Assembly (NCBI GenBank): GCA_963821525.1
Contig: CAWGED010000019.1
Span: forward strand, 640,001-704,000
Reading direction: 5' to 3'
Length of the DNA: 64,000 nt
Source: an uncultured Gemmatimonadales bacterium
GTDB lineage: Bacteria; Gemmatimonadota; Gemmatimonadetes; Gemmatimonadales; GWC2-71-9
Shown here: one piece after another, positions 63,541-64,000 of the stretch
How the letters are laid out: each line of letters opens with the position of its first letter
How positions within the stretch are numbered: position 1 is the first letter of the stretch
Made by a program: the position numbers and the translations under genes
Notes under the pieces: generated by a model
Seen by the model: the letters and a program-made list of their open reading frames with translations, nothing else
Databases searched by the model: none
What the model was told of the DNA's origin: nothing

Positions 63541-64000
63541 CAGGGTGGCAAGGAGTGGTGAGCGGGCGCAGTGAGTGAGGCCGGCGATGACTCCAGTGTA
63601 AGCGCCTGAGTCGGGGTGTCGCCGTCGCGCCTCAAGAGGCCGGAGGAGAGCAGGCAGTACATGGTCGCGCCCCGATCGGCGTTATTCTCGGCCCAGAGCC
63701 TGCCCCCGTGCGCGGCGACAATCGTTCGGGAAATCGACAGACCCAGCCCAAGTCCCTCGGGCTTGGTAGTGACAAACGGCTCGAAGAGACGGTCCAGCAG
63801 GGTCGACGGAATCCCGGTTCCACAGTCCCGAATCGAGATCAGGATGTTGTTCCGGGTATCGGCATTGGCGATAAGCGTCAATCGCCGATCCGACGCCGCC
63901 GTGGTGTTCATCGCCTCGCAGGCATTGATGATCAGGTTGAGTAACACCTGCTGGAGCTGCACCCGGTCCCCAAGCACCGGCGGAAGATCCCGGGCCACGA
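63540..64000 (-). CDS. Sensor histidine kinase, C-terminal HATPase domain (partial)
   Basis: [35 protein letters not shown]. Confidence 0.92.
   Translation of the reverse strand, partial: VARDLPPVLGDRVQLQQVLLNLIINACEAMNTTAASDRRLTLIANADTRNNILISIRDCGTGIPSTLLDRLFEPFVTTKPEGLGLGLSISRTIVAAHGGRLWAENNADRGATMYCLLSSGLLRRDGDTPTQALTLESSPASLTAPAHHSLPP

Overview
GC-rich bacterial chromosome segment; Gemmatimonadota is a plausible source (inference from gene style only). It is mostly housekeeping: a glk-gnd-zwf-tal-rpiA-pgl pentose-phosphate operon, tRNA-Leu(TAG), tig-clpP-clpX-engB, a partial his operon (hisC-B-H-[Nudix]-F), trpE, maf, dtd, glmM-glmS, purD, plus signalling and envelope genes. About 15 genes carry single-base frameshifts, probably uncorrected long-read indels; three apparent gene fusions in the ORF track (ClpX-EngB, HisF-beta-helix, TauE-DUF1634) come from these. 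Most interesting signals: (1) a dense set of locus-specific 7/8/9-mer tandem arrays arranged as inverted-repeat hairpins at about 15 gene junctions, which also invade coding sequence; (2) a Fur-box-preceded porin / FMN-binding protein / 4-TM protein / ApbE operon, a candidate flavinylation-dependent iron-acquisition module; (3) a twice-repeated ~83-bp regulatory module with a CRP/FNR-like half site and conserved hairpin upstream of a cupredoxin; (4) a 2.1-kb integrase-less islet at tRNA-Leu bounded by a duplicated tRNA 3' half and carrying a subtilase; (5) a Nudix hydrolase in the usual hisA position. No CRISPR array, transposase, integrase or rRNA was seen.
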